Shown piece after piece: positions 37,401 through 49,443 of a stretch of DNA of 64,000 bases. The notes beneath the pieces are model-generated. The model was not told the DNA's origin and searched no databases. It saw only the letters and a list, made by a program, of their open reading frames with translations. Position 1 is the stretch's first letter. Each line of letters starts with the position of its first letter. The stretch is taken from the NCBI GenBank assembly GCA_950097015.1, contig CATNEN010000025.1:7378001-7442000 (forward strand), in the 5' to 3' direction. This DNA is from Macrostomum hystrix (taxonomy: Eukaryota > Animalia > Platyhelminthes). The translations under genes and the position numbers were made by a program.

Positions 37401-40400
37401 AGTGAGTGAGTGAGAGAGTGAGTGAGTGAGTGAGTGAGTGAGTGAGAGAGTGAGTGAGTGAGTGAGTGAGTGAGTGAGAGAGTGAGTGAGAGAGTGAGTG
37501 AGTGAGTGAGTGAGAGAGTGAGTGAGTGAGTGAGTGAGAGAGTGAGTGAGTGAGTGAGAGAGTGAGTGAGTGAGTGAGTGAGTGAGTGAGTGAGTGAGTG
37601 AGTGAGTGAGTGAGAGAGTGAGTGAGTGAGAGAGTGAGTGAGTGAGTGAGTGAGAGAGTGAGTGAGTGAGTGAGTGAGAGAGTGAGTGAGTGAGTGAGTT
37701 AGTTAGTGAGTGAGTGAGTGAGTGAGTGAGTGAGAGAGTGAGTGAGAGAGTGAGTGAGTGAGTGAGAGAGTGAGTGAGTGAGTGAGTGAGTGAGTGAGTG
37801 AGTGAGTGAGAGAGTGAGTGAGTGAGTGAGTGAGTGAGTGAGAGAGTGAGTGAGTGAGAGAGTGAGTGAGTGAGTGAGAGAGTGAGTGAGTGAGTGAGTG
37901 AGAGAGTGAGTGAGTGAGTGAGTGAGTGAGAGAGTGAGTGAGTGAGTGAGAGAGTGAGTGAGTGAGTGAGTGAGTGAGAGAGTGAGTGAGTGAGTGAGTT
38001 AGTTAGTGAGTGAGTGAGTGAGTGAGTGAGAGAGTGAGTGAGAGAGTGAGTGAGTGAGTGAGAGAGTGAGTGAGTGAGTGAGTGAGTGAGTGAGAGAGTG
38101 AGTGAGAGAGTGAGTGAGTGAGTGAGTGAGAGAGTGAGTGAGTGAGTGAGTGAGAGAGTGAGTGAGTGAGTGAGAGAGTGAGTGAGTGAGTGAGTGAGTG
38201 AGTGAGTGAGTGAGTGAGTGAGTGAGTGAGTGAGTGAGTGAGAGAGTGAGTGAGTGAGAGAGTGAGTGAGTGAGTGAGTGAGTGAGAGAGTGAGTGAGTG
38301 AGTGAGTTAGTTAGTGAGTGAGTGAGTGAGTGAGTGAGAGAGTGAGTGAGTGAGTGAGAGAGTGAGTGAGTGAGTGAGTGAGTGAGTGAGTGAGTGAGAG
38401 AGTGAGTGAGAGAGTGAGTGAGTGAGTGAGTGAGAGAGTGAGTGAGTGAGTGAGTGAGAGAGTGAGTGAGTGAGAGAGTGAGAGAGTGAGTGAGTAAGTG
38501 AGTGAGTGAGTGAGTGAGTGAGAGAGTGAGAGAGTGAGTGAGTGAGTGAGTGAGTGAGTGAGAGAGTGAGTGAGTGAGTGAGTGAGTGATTGAGAGAGTG
38601 AGTGAGTGAGTGAGTGAGAGAGTGAGTGAGAGAGTGAGTGAGTGAGTGAGTGAGTGAGTTAGTTAGTTCTGTCCGTTCCGATGACTCCTGCGCACAAGCG
38701 CATACGGATACTGTACGCAGGCACACACTCACACAGGTGTGCACATCTACCAGTGAGCTTGTCAGTCACCATCTGAGTTCTCCCGTCCGCAGGCCAGCTG
38801 GAGAGGTGGAGCAACTTCTGGTTCACCGGCGCCTGCCAGAAGGCCGGCAAGTTGCGCAACTCAAACCAGACGCTGGGCGTCAAGAACTTCATCAGCGCCT
38901 TCATCCTGCTGATTGGCGGCATGCTGCTGTGCTGTGTACTGCTGCTGCTGGAGCACTCATTCTACAGGTACATGCGGCCCAAGCTGAAGGAGTGGGACAA
39001 ATACGGCTGCTGCGGACTAGTGTCCATTGTGAGTTGAATTAGTTTGATTTGCAATTTTCCTGCATCGAAATCCTAATCTATCGGAATCCTGTTCTTTCGG
39101 TATCCCACTCTGTCCAAATCCCGTTCTGACGAAATCCCATATATCAACCCAATAAGGCACTGACTGATGCCCAATCGCAGTTGGAAATCGGTCCTACGTG
39201 TGAGTTGACACAGAATCCTGACAGGCAATGAATAATTCTATGGAATGTCACGCAACTTGCTTAGCCGGAATAGCGCTGAAATTCGTGCGAAAACCGCTCA
39301 GTTGCACTTTTTTTAAGTAGAAACGAGCCGGGCCTTAGACCTGTGCCGGTGGGAGTTCGCGCACCTGCGAATAGCTGACAGAGGTGATTTTTTATGATTT
39401 GTCGCTCTCTTTACTGGCGCACAGAATGACGGATCCTGGAGTTGTGGCTCGGATAATCGTCATGCCTGTGGCGGTCATTTGCCGCTGATAAAAAACACTG
39501 CCGAAAATGGGAAAGTCTGTAGAAATTTGGATACAAAATATGATTAGTACTTTTTTAGCGAATGACGATACTTAACAGTAGGCAGTTAAGTCTCTTTAGC
39601 TCTGAGAACACAAGAAACAAAAATCAGCAATCATACAAGACTCAGAGACAGGGAAGATTGAGGCTCAGAGACAGTGAAGATCGGGACTCAGAGACAGTGA
39701 AGATCGGGACTCAGAGACAGTGAAGATCGGGACTCAGAGACAGTGAAGATCGGGACTCAGAGACAGTGAAGATCGGGACTCAGAGACATTGAAGATCGGG
39801 ACTCAGAGACAGTGAAGATCAAGACTCAAAGACAGCTAGTGAAGATCGGGACTCAGAGACATTGAAGATCGGGACTCAGAGACAGTGAAGATCAAGACTC
39901 AAAGACAGCTAGTGAAGATCGGGACTCATAGACAGCTAGTGAAGATCGGGACTCAGAGACAGTAAAGATCGGGACTCATAGACAGCTAGTGAAGATCGGG
40001 ACTCATAGACAGCTAGTGAAGATCAGGACTCATAGACAGCTAGTGAAGATCGGGAGTCATAGACAACTAGTGAAGATCGGGACTCATAGACAGCTAGTGA
40101 AGATCGGGACTCAGAGACAGCTAGTGAAGATCGGGACTCAGAGACAGTAAAGATCGGGACTCATAGACAGCTAGTGAAGATCGGGACTCATAGACAACTA
40201 GTGAAGATCGGGACTCATAGACAGCTAGTGAAGATCGGGACTCAGAGACAGCTAGTGAAGATCGGGACTCAGAGACAGCTAGTGAAGATCGGGACTCATT
40301 GACACTGAAGATGTGGACTCGTATTTTGACTCAGATGATTACCATTCAAACCGCAATGTCCTCAGAGCATGGGCCAGCTGCTGTCATTCGAGCAGTCCGT

Positions 40401-42135
40401 GAACCAGACCGTGGACCTGCTCAAGCATCACAAGTGCCGCAATCCGATCTGCGAGACCCAGCTGTGGAAGCTGCGTCACGAGTTGGAATCGGCCAAGCGC
40501 AAGGTGCACAAGCTGGAGGCACTCATCAGCTCCAGCCTGGATGCTGTCGGCGGCGAGGGCACATCGGAGACCGCGTCCGCCGGCTTCGGGCAGCAGTGGG
40601 GCGCGGCTGCTGACTACCTGCCAATCACAGACTAGTGAGTGTCTTCGAGTCTCGATCTTGAATGTTTCTGAGTCCCGATCTTCACTGTCTCTAAGTCCCG
40701 ATCTTCACTGTATCTGAGTCCCGATCTTCACTGTCTCTGAGTCCCGATCTTTAATGTCTCTGAGTCCGGATCTTCGCTGCCTCCGAGTCCCGATCTTCAC
40801 TGTCTCTGAGTCCCGATCTTTAATGTCTCTGAGTCCGGATCTTCGCTGTCTCCGAGTCACGATCTTCACTGTCTCCGAGTCACGATCTTCACTGTCTCTG
40901 ATTTATGATGTTCAATGTCTGTGAGTTCCGATCTTCACTATCTCTGAGTCTCGATGTATACTTTCTCTAAATAAATATATTTGCTGAACTGCTTAAGTAT
41001 TGTCTGTCACGTCCTTCTCTGCTTGACTGTCTCTTATGCCCAATTTTCTCACTTGATCGTCACTTTCTAAACTTTAACTTCAGTGTCGAGTTAAATATTG
41101 TGAATACTGAATATTAAATTGGATTCACTCACTTAATAATATTAGATGTAATGTGCATTGTAAAAATTGTGAAAACATCCTCCAAACACGCCTGCGCACA
41201 GCACGGAGGCAGAAATTTCTAGCCGTCTTCGATCAGACTCTGAAGATGCTGTAGCGCATCATCAGCTACTGCGGAGGCGGCAACTGCAACAGCAGCAGCA
41301 GGTGTGCCTTCAGCGTCACCAGTGTCGGCTAGACCAACTGCCAGAGCTGCCGCTGTTGCAGTACGGCAGCGAGAGCGAGGTGCCGGTCGCAAGCGGCTAT
41401 GGCAGTCGGCGCTGTCAAGAGTGCTGCTACGAGGAGGCCAGGGCGCCAGATGATGCGGCGACTTCGGTCGGGACATCTAAATGCCACGAGCCGCTGGAGG
41501 TAAAAATTATCACCACATTACTGATACCACCACTAGCTAGCTAGTAAGAGTAATTTAGGTTCACAATAGGCGCAATTGAGGACACTCACTACCTCACCTG
41601 GGGTTCCTCCACTACCTCACCTGCTGTTCCTCCACTACCCCACCTGGTGTTCCTCCACTACCCCACCTGGTTTTCCTCTACTACCTCACCTGGTGTTCCT
41701 CCACTACCCCACCTGGTTTTCCTCCACTACCCCACCTGGTTTTCCTCTACTACCTCACCTGGTTTTCCTTTACTACCTCACCTGGTGTTCCTCCACTACC
41801 CCACCTGGTTTTCCTCTACTACCTCACCTGGTTTTCCTTTACTACCTCACCTGGTGTTCCTCCACTACCTCACCTGGTTTTCCTCCTCTGCGTCACCTTT
41901 AGTGTTTACCCACTACACCTAAGTTCTCCCTAAACGATTTCCCGTAGTCAATTCGTGAGCCCTACCCACTAACTGATCACAGGCATTGGATCACAAACGG
42001 CCAACGGAGATTCTGTACAAGCACCCCAGCATACGCGGTGGTCGAAGGTCGATGGAAACTGATTTAGGGCGTCGTCACAAGGCTGATGAAGACACTGTCT
42101 CGGGGGCGCTTATTGAGAAGGAATCAGCGCTCTGA
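28424..42135 (+). CDS. Nmdar2: NMDA receptor subunit 2 (GluN2/NR2-type), 14 coding exons, about 1207 aa
   Basis: Exons 28424-28906, 29236-29438, 30858-31013, 31100-31266, 31350-31557, 32052-32628, 33261-33444, 34645-34770, 35273-35654, 35724-35905, 38793-39028, 40366-40634, 41202-41499, 41983-42135; all GT-AG with matching phases (3624 nt). Motifs: signal-like N-terminus, S1 [27 protein letters not shown]3 [12 protein letters not shown]2 [10 protein letters not shown] and TGYGIG, M4, C-terminal ESAL*. Confidence 0.93.
28913..29200. repeat. 18-bp intronic minisatellite (CTATGTGAACACTGTGAA)n, about 16 copies
   Basis: Direct inspection; NR2 intron 1. Confidence 0.95.
29456..30828. repeat. 15-bp intronic minisatellite (GGTGTCAGGTTTCAT)n, about 90 copies
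   Basis: Direct inspection; NR2 intron 2. Confidence 0.96.
31736..31940 (-). mobile_element. tRNA-derived SINE, copy 2 (NR2 intron 5, antisense)
   Basis: Shares GGGGGACGCCACACCCACCCTCAATTACC...ACAGCTGGGTGAACTGAAGCAATGCAGAGT and the tRNA-like head with the 7.2 kb copy. Confidence 0.8.
32668..32928 (-). repeat. Reverse-complement array of the 28.0-28.4 kb 15-mer (CTGACATGGGATAAT)n, about 17 copies
   Basis: Exact reverse complement of the unit, including the A/T variant (TTTTCCC / GGGAAAA). Confidence 0.96.
33455..33980. repeat. 22-bp intronic minisatellite (GTGGAATTCCATGATTTGCTAC)n
   Basis: Direct inspection; NR2 intron 7. Confidence 0.92.
34040..34275. repeat. 23-bp intronic minisatellite (CTGAGAAACTGAAGGGTTGCART)n
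   Basis: Direct inspection; NR2 intron 7. Confidence 0.92.
34985..35290 (+). repeat. 46-bp repeat overlapping the exon 9 acceptor (CTGAGCACAAGCTCAGCTAATAAAACTCCACAACCCACCCACCCAC)
   Basis: About six upstream copies, last one (35224) in register with the real acceptor CAGAGCACAAGTTCAGC at 35270. Confidence 0.9.
36800..38667. repeat. (GAGT)n microsatellite, about 1.87 kb, with GAGA and TTAG variants
   Basis: Direct inspection; NR2 intron 10. Confidence 0.98.
39655..40298 (+). repeat. 23/27-bp minisatellite (GGGACTCAGAGACAGTGAAGATC)n
   Basis: Direct inspection; NR2 intron 11. Confidence 0.95.
40645..40955 (-). repeat. Reverse-complement array of the 39.7-40.3 kb minisatellite (GAGTCCCGATCTTCACTGTCTCT)n
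   Basis: Direct inspection; NR2 intron 12. Confidence 0.93.
41585..41885. repeat. 23-bp minisatellite (CCACTACCYCACCTGGTKTTCCT)n
   Basis: Direct inspection; last NR2 intron. Confidence 0.9.
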
Positions 42136-42414
42136 TTTTCTTGCACTCTGCCATATCGATACTGTATTATCCTTCAGTTTTATCGCTAGTTTTCATTTTC
42201 ATCATTCACCTGATTAAATGAACTCTGCCCAATATTTCATGAGTACTTCTTTTACCTGTTCCTGCAAGTAAACAAAACTGTCGTTAAAAAAACTTTATTC
42301 GCTTTGATGAAATTAAAAAAAATAAAATATCGCTAGTTTGAATTCGTCGTGAAAGTGGACACGCATCGCGATTTCGAAAAAAAAACTTGTTACGAAGTTG
42401 CGAGTTGATGCCGG

Positions 42415-43130
42415 AATGTGAACAATCTGTTAATCACAGTTGCCATTTGGTGCTGGAATGTGACCAATCTGTTAGGCACTGTTGCCATTTGGTGCTGGAA
42501 TGTGACCAATCTGTTAGGCACAGTTGCCATTTGGTGCTGGAATGTGACCAATCTGTTAGGCACTGTTGCCATTTGGTGCTGGAATGTGACCAATCTGTTA
42601 GGCACAGTTGCCATTTGGTGCTGGAATGTGACCAATCTGTTAGGCACAGTTGCCATATGGTGCTGGAATGTGACCAATCTGTTAGGCACAGTTGCCATTT
42701 GGTGCTGGAATGTGACCAATCTGTTAGGCACAGTTGCCAGTTGGTGCTGGAATGTGACCAATCTGTTAGGCAAAGTTGCCAGTTGGTCCTGGAATGTGAC
42801 CAATCTGTTAGGCACAGTTGCCATTTGGTGCTGGAATGTGACCAATCTGTTAGGCACAGTTGCCAGTTGGTGCTGGAATGTGACCAATCTGTTAGGCACA
42901 GTTGCCAGTTGGTCCTGGAATGTGACCAATCTGTTAGGCACAGTTGCCATTTGGTCCTGGAATGTGACCAATCTGTTAGGCACAGTTGCCATTTGGTCCT
43001 GGAATGTGACCAATCTGTTAGGCACAGTTGCCAGTTGGTCCTGGAACGTGACCAATCTGTTAGGCACAGTTGCCAGTTGGTCCTGGAACGTGACCAATCT
43101 GTTAGGCACAGTTGCCAGTTGGTCCTGGAA
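42415..43130. repeat. 42-bp minisatellite (TGTGACCAATCTGTTAGGCACAGTTGCCATTTGGTGCTGGAA)n, about 17 copies
   Basis: Direct inspection; lies between the convergent NR2 and vasa 3' ends. Confidence 0.95.
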
Positions 43131-44042
43131 CTTCTTGTTTGCTAATTTATTCCTCCCTTTAGCGACCATTAGCAGTGTAATTAAAAAAGGAAAGCTAACA
43201 AACTCGAGGCTTGTTTTTTTTCAGAACAGCGCACTCTTACTTGCTAGTATTAAACCTGTTCGAGCTACAGGCGTAGATAAACAAAACAATGCGCTTTTTG
43301 TATTTATGAACAAAACAACAAAGTTGTTGTTCAATCAATCTGTTAGGCACACAAAGTTGTTGTTGTTATGAACAAACTGCTGCTAAATCGCAGGCAAAGG
43401 CAAACTTTGTAATCAAAGAGCTAAAAAGATAATCAAATGCGGCTGAATATGTACGTGGCACCAGCTTTGAAATCCCAATAAAAAGGGACAATGCAACAGG
43501 CGAATTGACAGTAAAATAGTGAAACAAAAAGGAGGATTGATAGAAATACTTTCTTGACGGAAGGAAAAAATCAGTTGGCATGACTTTTATCTTTCTATAT
43601 TTTTTCTAGGAGTTTAGCTGTCCAGATCAAGCATGTGACTTCTGTTTAAGCCAGTTTTGAGAGGCCCCTTTTAAGGATTCAAAGCTTGCTAGAGCTGAGA
43701 AATCAGAGCTAGAGAGTTGCTGCTTCAGAGTTCGTTAGCTGCCAATAGACACGAATGCTGGGGGTGTATAGAAGCTATGAATGGGCTAGTACTTTAAGAG
43801 AATGCAGCACTAAACTTGTGCATCAGTTGTCATAGTAAGGCAAACTGCTGAAGTTTTCGATCACCATTCGTATTAATCAAGTAAGAAAGTCTATGATCCA
43901 GAGAATATAACTTCACCTAATAGGAGGTATTCAAATAAAGTGAGCTTAACAATAAACGACAAGCAAAAAACTGACCTGGAATATACGAATGTCTGAATTC
44001 TAAAAAGTAATAAGGGCTATTTTGAAAGAGACGACTGGTCCC

Positions 44043-46776
44043 TTAATCCCAGTCGTCTTCTTCGACTGCCACAACGGCAGCAGCAGGCGGGGCGGGGCGG
44101 AACACACTGTCCGCAAAGTCGCCATCGTTTGTCTCCTCACGGAATCGGTCCCTGCCAACGCCGCGCCTAGTGTCCCGATTGGCGGCAGTTCGGGCATAAC
44201 CCAACCCGCCACCGCACTGATCGGCGTAGATGTCAAGCCAATCAGGCACGTACTGGTTCGATTTAACAAGCGATCGGCGAATGTCAAAAGCCAGTGGCGA
44301 GTCGCGGCCGTGATCGTAGAACGAGATGGACTTGCCGGTGTTGCCACAGCGGCCGGTGCGGCCAATCCGATGCACGTACATGTCGAAATCGTTCGGCAGA
44401 TCCATGTTGATCACCAGCTCGATGCCGTTGATGTCGACGCCGCGAGCTGACACATTCGTGGCCACTAAAATGGGTAGCTTGCCGCGCTGGAAAGCGTTAA
44501 TAGCGATTTCTCGCTCCCTCTGGAGACGGTCACCGTGTATTGTGGTGCATGGATACTGCCTCTCGGCTAGCATCATTCCAATGAAATCAGCCTGGCGCTT
44601 CGTCTCAACAAACACAAGGATTCGATCATTAGCCTTGCTAGGGTCCGCGCGCCACTCAGCCAGTATGCTAATTAGAGCCATCTGCTTACTCTCCTGCTGC
44701 ACCTCGCGAATCTCTTGTGTCACATCTGGGTTGGCTGCTCCAACCTGACCGACAGTCAGATACAGGTAGTTCTGCAGATACTGACCAGCCAGAGCTTGGA
44801 TCTGGCCAGCGAAGGTGGCGGAGAACATCAGAATCTGACGCTCAGACGGCATCTGTTCCAGGGTCCACGTGACAGAGTCAAGGAAGCCCCTGTCCAGCAT
44901 CTGGTCGGCCTCGTCTAGAACCAGGAAGCGGGTCTTCTTCAGGCTGACGATGTTTCTATCGGCAAAGTCCTTCAGTCGGCCAGGCGTGGCCACTAAGATG
45001 TGGCAGCCGTTGCCTAACTCACCGCGCATGTACTCAGTCTTGGGGCCACCGTAGACGCGCTTGACCATGATATTAGTGCCGGCTAGGAATCCCCTGTATA
45101 AAAAATGCGTATGAAAAAATGCCTCTGACTCTAGCCATGAATAGGGCTCCAATTAAAAAACTCAATGAATAAAACGTACAACGTACTAACGTTCCTCTCC
45201 CTGACCCTAACAATCGTAGTCCTTACCTAGCAAAGTTGTATGTTTGAATGCACAACTCTCTGGTCGGTGCAACTATCAGAGCCAGCGGGTAGGTAGTGTA
45301 CTGAGCAGTGGTCGAGTCGCTCAGGTCCATCTCAGAAATCATCTTGGCCAGAGGAAGCAAAAAGGCCGCAGTCTTGCCTGAGCCTGTCTGAGCGCACGCC
45401 ATCAGGTCTCTGCCCTTCAAAATGATGGGGATGCCGTACTTCTGCACGGGGGTCAGCGTGCTGTATCCATACTTGCGCAGGATGTTCTCCAGCATCACAG
45501 TGGGTAGGCCGATGCCTTCAAAGCTGGTCAGGTAGCCCGGCTTGTCCGAACCCGACACCTCCACATCGATCTTCTCGTACTTGCTAAAGTTGATGCCAGC
45601 GTGAATGGTCCGTTGATAAATCTCGTCTAGCTGAGTCTCCTCTGGCACGTGAGCAGTCGATACAGCGCCAGCATCACCGGATGGAGCATTCGGACATTCC
45701 GCAGACAGATGGCCGGGCTGCTTGCAGCGAAAGCAGGCGCGAGCGTAGGCATTCGGACACTCACGAGCAAAGTGGCCGCTCTCATTGCACTTGTAGCACA
45801 CACCGCCACCACCACCGCCCCCGCCAGCATCAGCATTCGGGCACTCGCGAGCAAAGTGGCCGCTCTCATTGCACTTGTAGCACACGCCGCCACCACCACC
45901 GCCGCCAGCATCGGCACCGCCTCCACCGAAACCTCCTCGGCTGCCAAAGCCACCACTACGACCTCCGTCTTCTCCAGATGATCCGAAGCCACCTCGGTCG
46001 CGGCCACGACCACCGAAGCCTCCATGACCGCTTTCGCCGTCAGTTCCATCGCCTCCAGAAGATACGAAGCCACCACGTCCGCTACCACGACCAAATCCAC
46101 CTCCGCCAGTAGCGTCATCATCGGCAGAAGCGCCCAATCCTCCGCGGCCACCGCCACGACTTCCGAAAGCACTGCCATGACTTCCAAATCCACCTCGGCC
46201 AGTAGCGTCGTCATCGGCAGCAGCGCCAAATCCTCCACGGCCACCGCCACGACTTCCGAAAGCACTGCCATGACTTCCAAATTCACCTCCGCCAGTAGCG
46301 TCAACATCGGTAGCAGCGCGAAATCCTCCGCGGCCACCGCCACGACTTCCGAAAGCACTGCCACGACTTCCAAATCCACCTCCGCCAGTAGCGTCAACAT
46401 CGGCAGCAGCGCCAAATCCTCCGCGGCCACCGCCACGACTTCCGAAAGCACTGCCACGACTTCCAAATCCACCTCCGCCAGTAGCGTCATCATCGGCAGA
46501 AGCGCCCAACCCTCCGCGGCCACCGCCACGACTTCCAAATCCACCTCGGCCAGTAGCGTCGTCATCGGCAGCAGCGCCAAATCCTCCACGGCCACCGCCA
46601 CGACTTCCGAAAGCACTGCCATGACTTCCAAATCCACCTCGGCCAGTAGCGTCGTCATCGGCAGCAGCGCCAAATCCTCCGCGGCCACCGCCACAACTTC
46701 CGAAAGTACTGTCACGACTTCCATTCCATTCGTCTTCTGCTTCGTGCTTTATAATAATTGATCTTCTGCCAGCCAT
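44043..46776 (-). CDS. vas: Vasa/DDX4 DEAD-box helicase paralogue A; exons 45227-46776 and 44043-45093, 866 aa, 3 CCHC knuckles
   Basis: RGG/FG N-terminus, CxxCxxxGHxxxxC x3, [49 protein letters not shown]-terminal EEDDWD; GCT AG|gtaagg...tatacag|G. Confidence 0.93.
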
Positions 46777-47083
46777 GTTAACAAATCTAGCAAGGCTTTG
46801 TTGATCGAGCACACCTGTGTATCAAGCGGTGCAACACTGAAATAAGTTCGTTGGTACATACTAAACGAAAGCAATATAAAACATTTTTTTCTTACTTAGT
46901 TTCATACTTTTAGTTGAGTTTTCTGAACTTTAATTTTCGCTTGAGATAATAGTCAAAACAAACTGAAGGAGTCAATAAAAGTGGAGGATAACGGCCAATA
47001 GAAAAGCGGAAAATTTAAATTGAAAATGATGGGCTCATATGAAAGCGGGAAATTAAAGGCTACAGACAGCTGAAGGGCATAAA

Positions 47084-47789
47084 TATAGCTTTTGCCATTC
47101 AATCTCAGTGTTTTGTCATTCATACTCAGCCCCCATAGAATTAATCCAGCCAGTTGGCGCCGTTTGGCCCATAGACTATCGCTCTGTGCCATTCAATCTC
47201 GGGTTTTGTCATTCAAACTCAGGCTTTAATGTGGAGAAGGAATGTGGATAAGGAATGAACAGGTTATTATTCCTCAGCTCGGCTCATGTAACACAGGACC
47301 GAAAAACTGACTTGTTAAACTTGTTAAACATAATGCAGTCCATACACATTACAAGTCAAACACCTCTAGCATCATAGTGAGGAACATACAGATTTGAGCG
47401 GAATTGTTAATGTCTTGGATCAGAATAGTGCCTCAGAGAAAAGGAATTTGCATAATGCACCGTGGATACAGTCGGATTCAGGCAATCTCCAAGTTTGCGG
47501 CCTTCAGAGTGTCCAGTGCAACGTGGCCCAGGCGCTCCATGTAAGCATATGGCCCATGTAAGTTGGGCCATGTAAGCAAATGCTATGGAAGAAATTTGTA
47601 ATTTAGCTGTCTTTGGGAGGACTGCGTTTGAGAGACCGAGCTTATAAAGCCTGAGTTTTAATAACAAAACCCGAGATTGAATGGCACAGAGCGATAGTCT
47701 ATGGGCCAAACGGCGCCAACTGGCTGGATTAATTCTATGGGGGCTGAGTATGAATGACAAAACACTGAGATTGAATGGCAAAAGCTATA
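47084..47789. mobile_element. MITE / non-autonomous DNA transposon, about 145-bp TIRs, TA-flanked
   Basis: 47084-47228 is a near-perfect reverse complement of 47645-47789 (TATAGCTTTTGCCATTCAATCTC...); each TIR holds a two-copy internal direct repeat; no ORF inside. Confidence 0.85.
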
Positions 47790-49443
47790 GAAGCACAGGA
47801 TTAACGGCTACTAAGTTCGGAAGGACATAAAAACGAGCAACTGAGGAAGCAGACTGACATTTTTTGAACGACTTTAACTGAAAATGCCAAATAATTTAAA
47901 TACTAGCGAATACGTTCATGCGCTACTAATAACATCGAACTATAGTAAATATCGAAAAACTTTTCTAATGCGTGCTCTACGATGTCTACAACATTGCCTC
48001 AAATGATTCTATGCCTAGCTGATTAATAAAGATTCAAGCCAGAATTCGGACATTTTAAAACGTTTATAAAGGAACAACAATTCGTATTCTTTTTTTGCTA
48101 TATTTTTGTCGATGATAGAAAATCGTATCATAAGATGTTTTATTTTTGACGAGAATACAAGCTGATGCACGTGTCGGGCTTTGAATTCAGTACTTGGCAG
48201 TTGCAACTATGAGGAGGACGAAAATACAGACTTCAAGTCCTTTCATACTACTTAGAAACTGTTGGTTTCGTACAACTAGCAATGTTATTGTATGCAACTG
48301 GGTGCTTATGTTCGCAGCGAACAAATCACAGCAAGACAGATTTCAACACAAATTTGGCTAGCCTTGTATTGCCATTCTAGGCCCACTATGGCAACCTGCT
48401 TGTACAAAATAAATGAACAAATAGGAAATAAAGCAACGACCACGGCCATTGCGGCCGGGAACAGCTCAGTACTAGAAACTGCTGCGACGCACGAAAAAAC
48501 AACTTGACCTAAACTGCTACTTCGCGCAACAGAGATTGTAACAGCTACGAAGCTGAACAGGGCCTACTTAAAAACTTTAAAAAATTCCACGGGAAAAATA
48601 CACGTGAGAATTTTGTCGTTAGTTTGTAGATTGCACTATTATTTGCCGCGAATGTTATAACAAAATATAATGAACGCGCATCATGTGAAGTCTAAAAATT
48701 TATACTTCTTAACTATTATTATACATCGCTATAGAAAAATATTGACCAAATAAATGCCACATAGATAACGACAAGGATGTAGAAAATACTAAACAAAAAA
48801 TACCATCAACCAAGAAAATACCATCATGATAATGATTAGTATCATTTAGCCAGCCGAAATGAAGTCGGACAGAGAATGAGAATAACGATGAAGTATTTTA
48901 TATGCGCCCTCTGATTTTTCTGTTAAAAAATATAATTTGGCAGCACAAACGCTAACCTATGACAAGTATACAAGCGTCTTTTAAATTAGACAAACACTTT
49001 ATTAGTACCAAACAGGCGAATAGGAAATATATAAAGCAGAGATCGGAGCAACCGGGGATGCTAAAAAGCCTACAAATATAACATAGAAACATATTTGATT
49101 TTTCAGTTATTAAGGCAACCTTTTGATAAACTATCTGTAACAGTTGCTATTCAAAAAGGCAACTTCAAAACTACCTGCCGATATAAAAAACTTAAACGCA
49201 CAAATTTCCGCCAGCTATAGTCAGCGAAATTTTTTGTAATTTTCAAGGCTTGACAAAGGAGCAGAACCGCCACTTTAATATAAGGCTTGGCCATCGGCCA
49301 AACCAATCGAAATTTTGCAAGCAGACTGCAAATAATAAAATATGAAAATAATTGTTCAAACGGAAGAAAAAACATGCCACAATGGCAAAGCGAAAAAAAT
49401 ATGAACCAGTTATGCGAATGAACGCAGGATACTAGCAACCTCA

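Noticed and set aside
41370-41390. Internal ESEV motif in the NR2 tail
   Set aside because: Not C-terminal and no stop follows, so not a canonical PDZ ligand.
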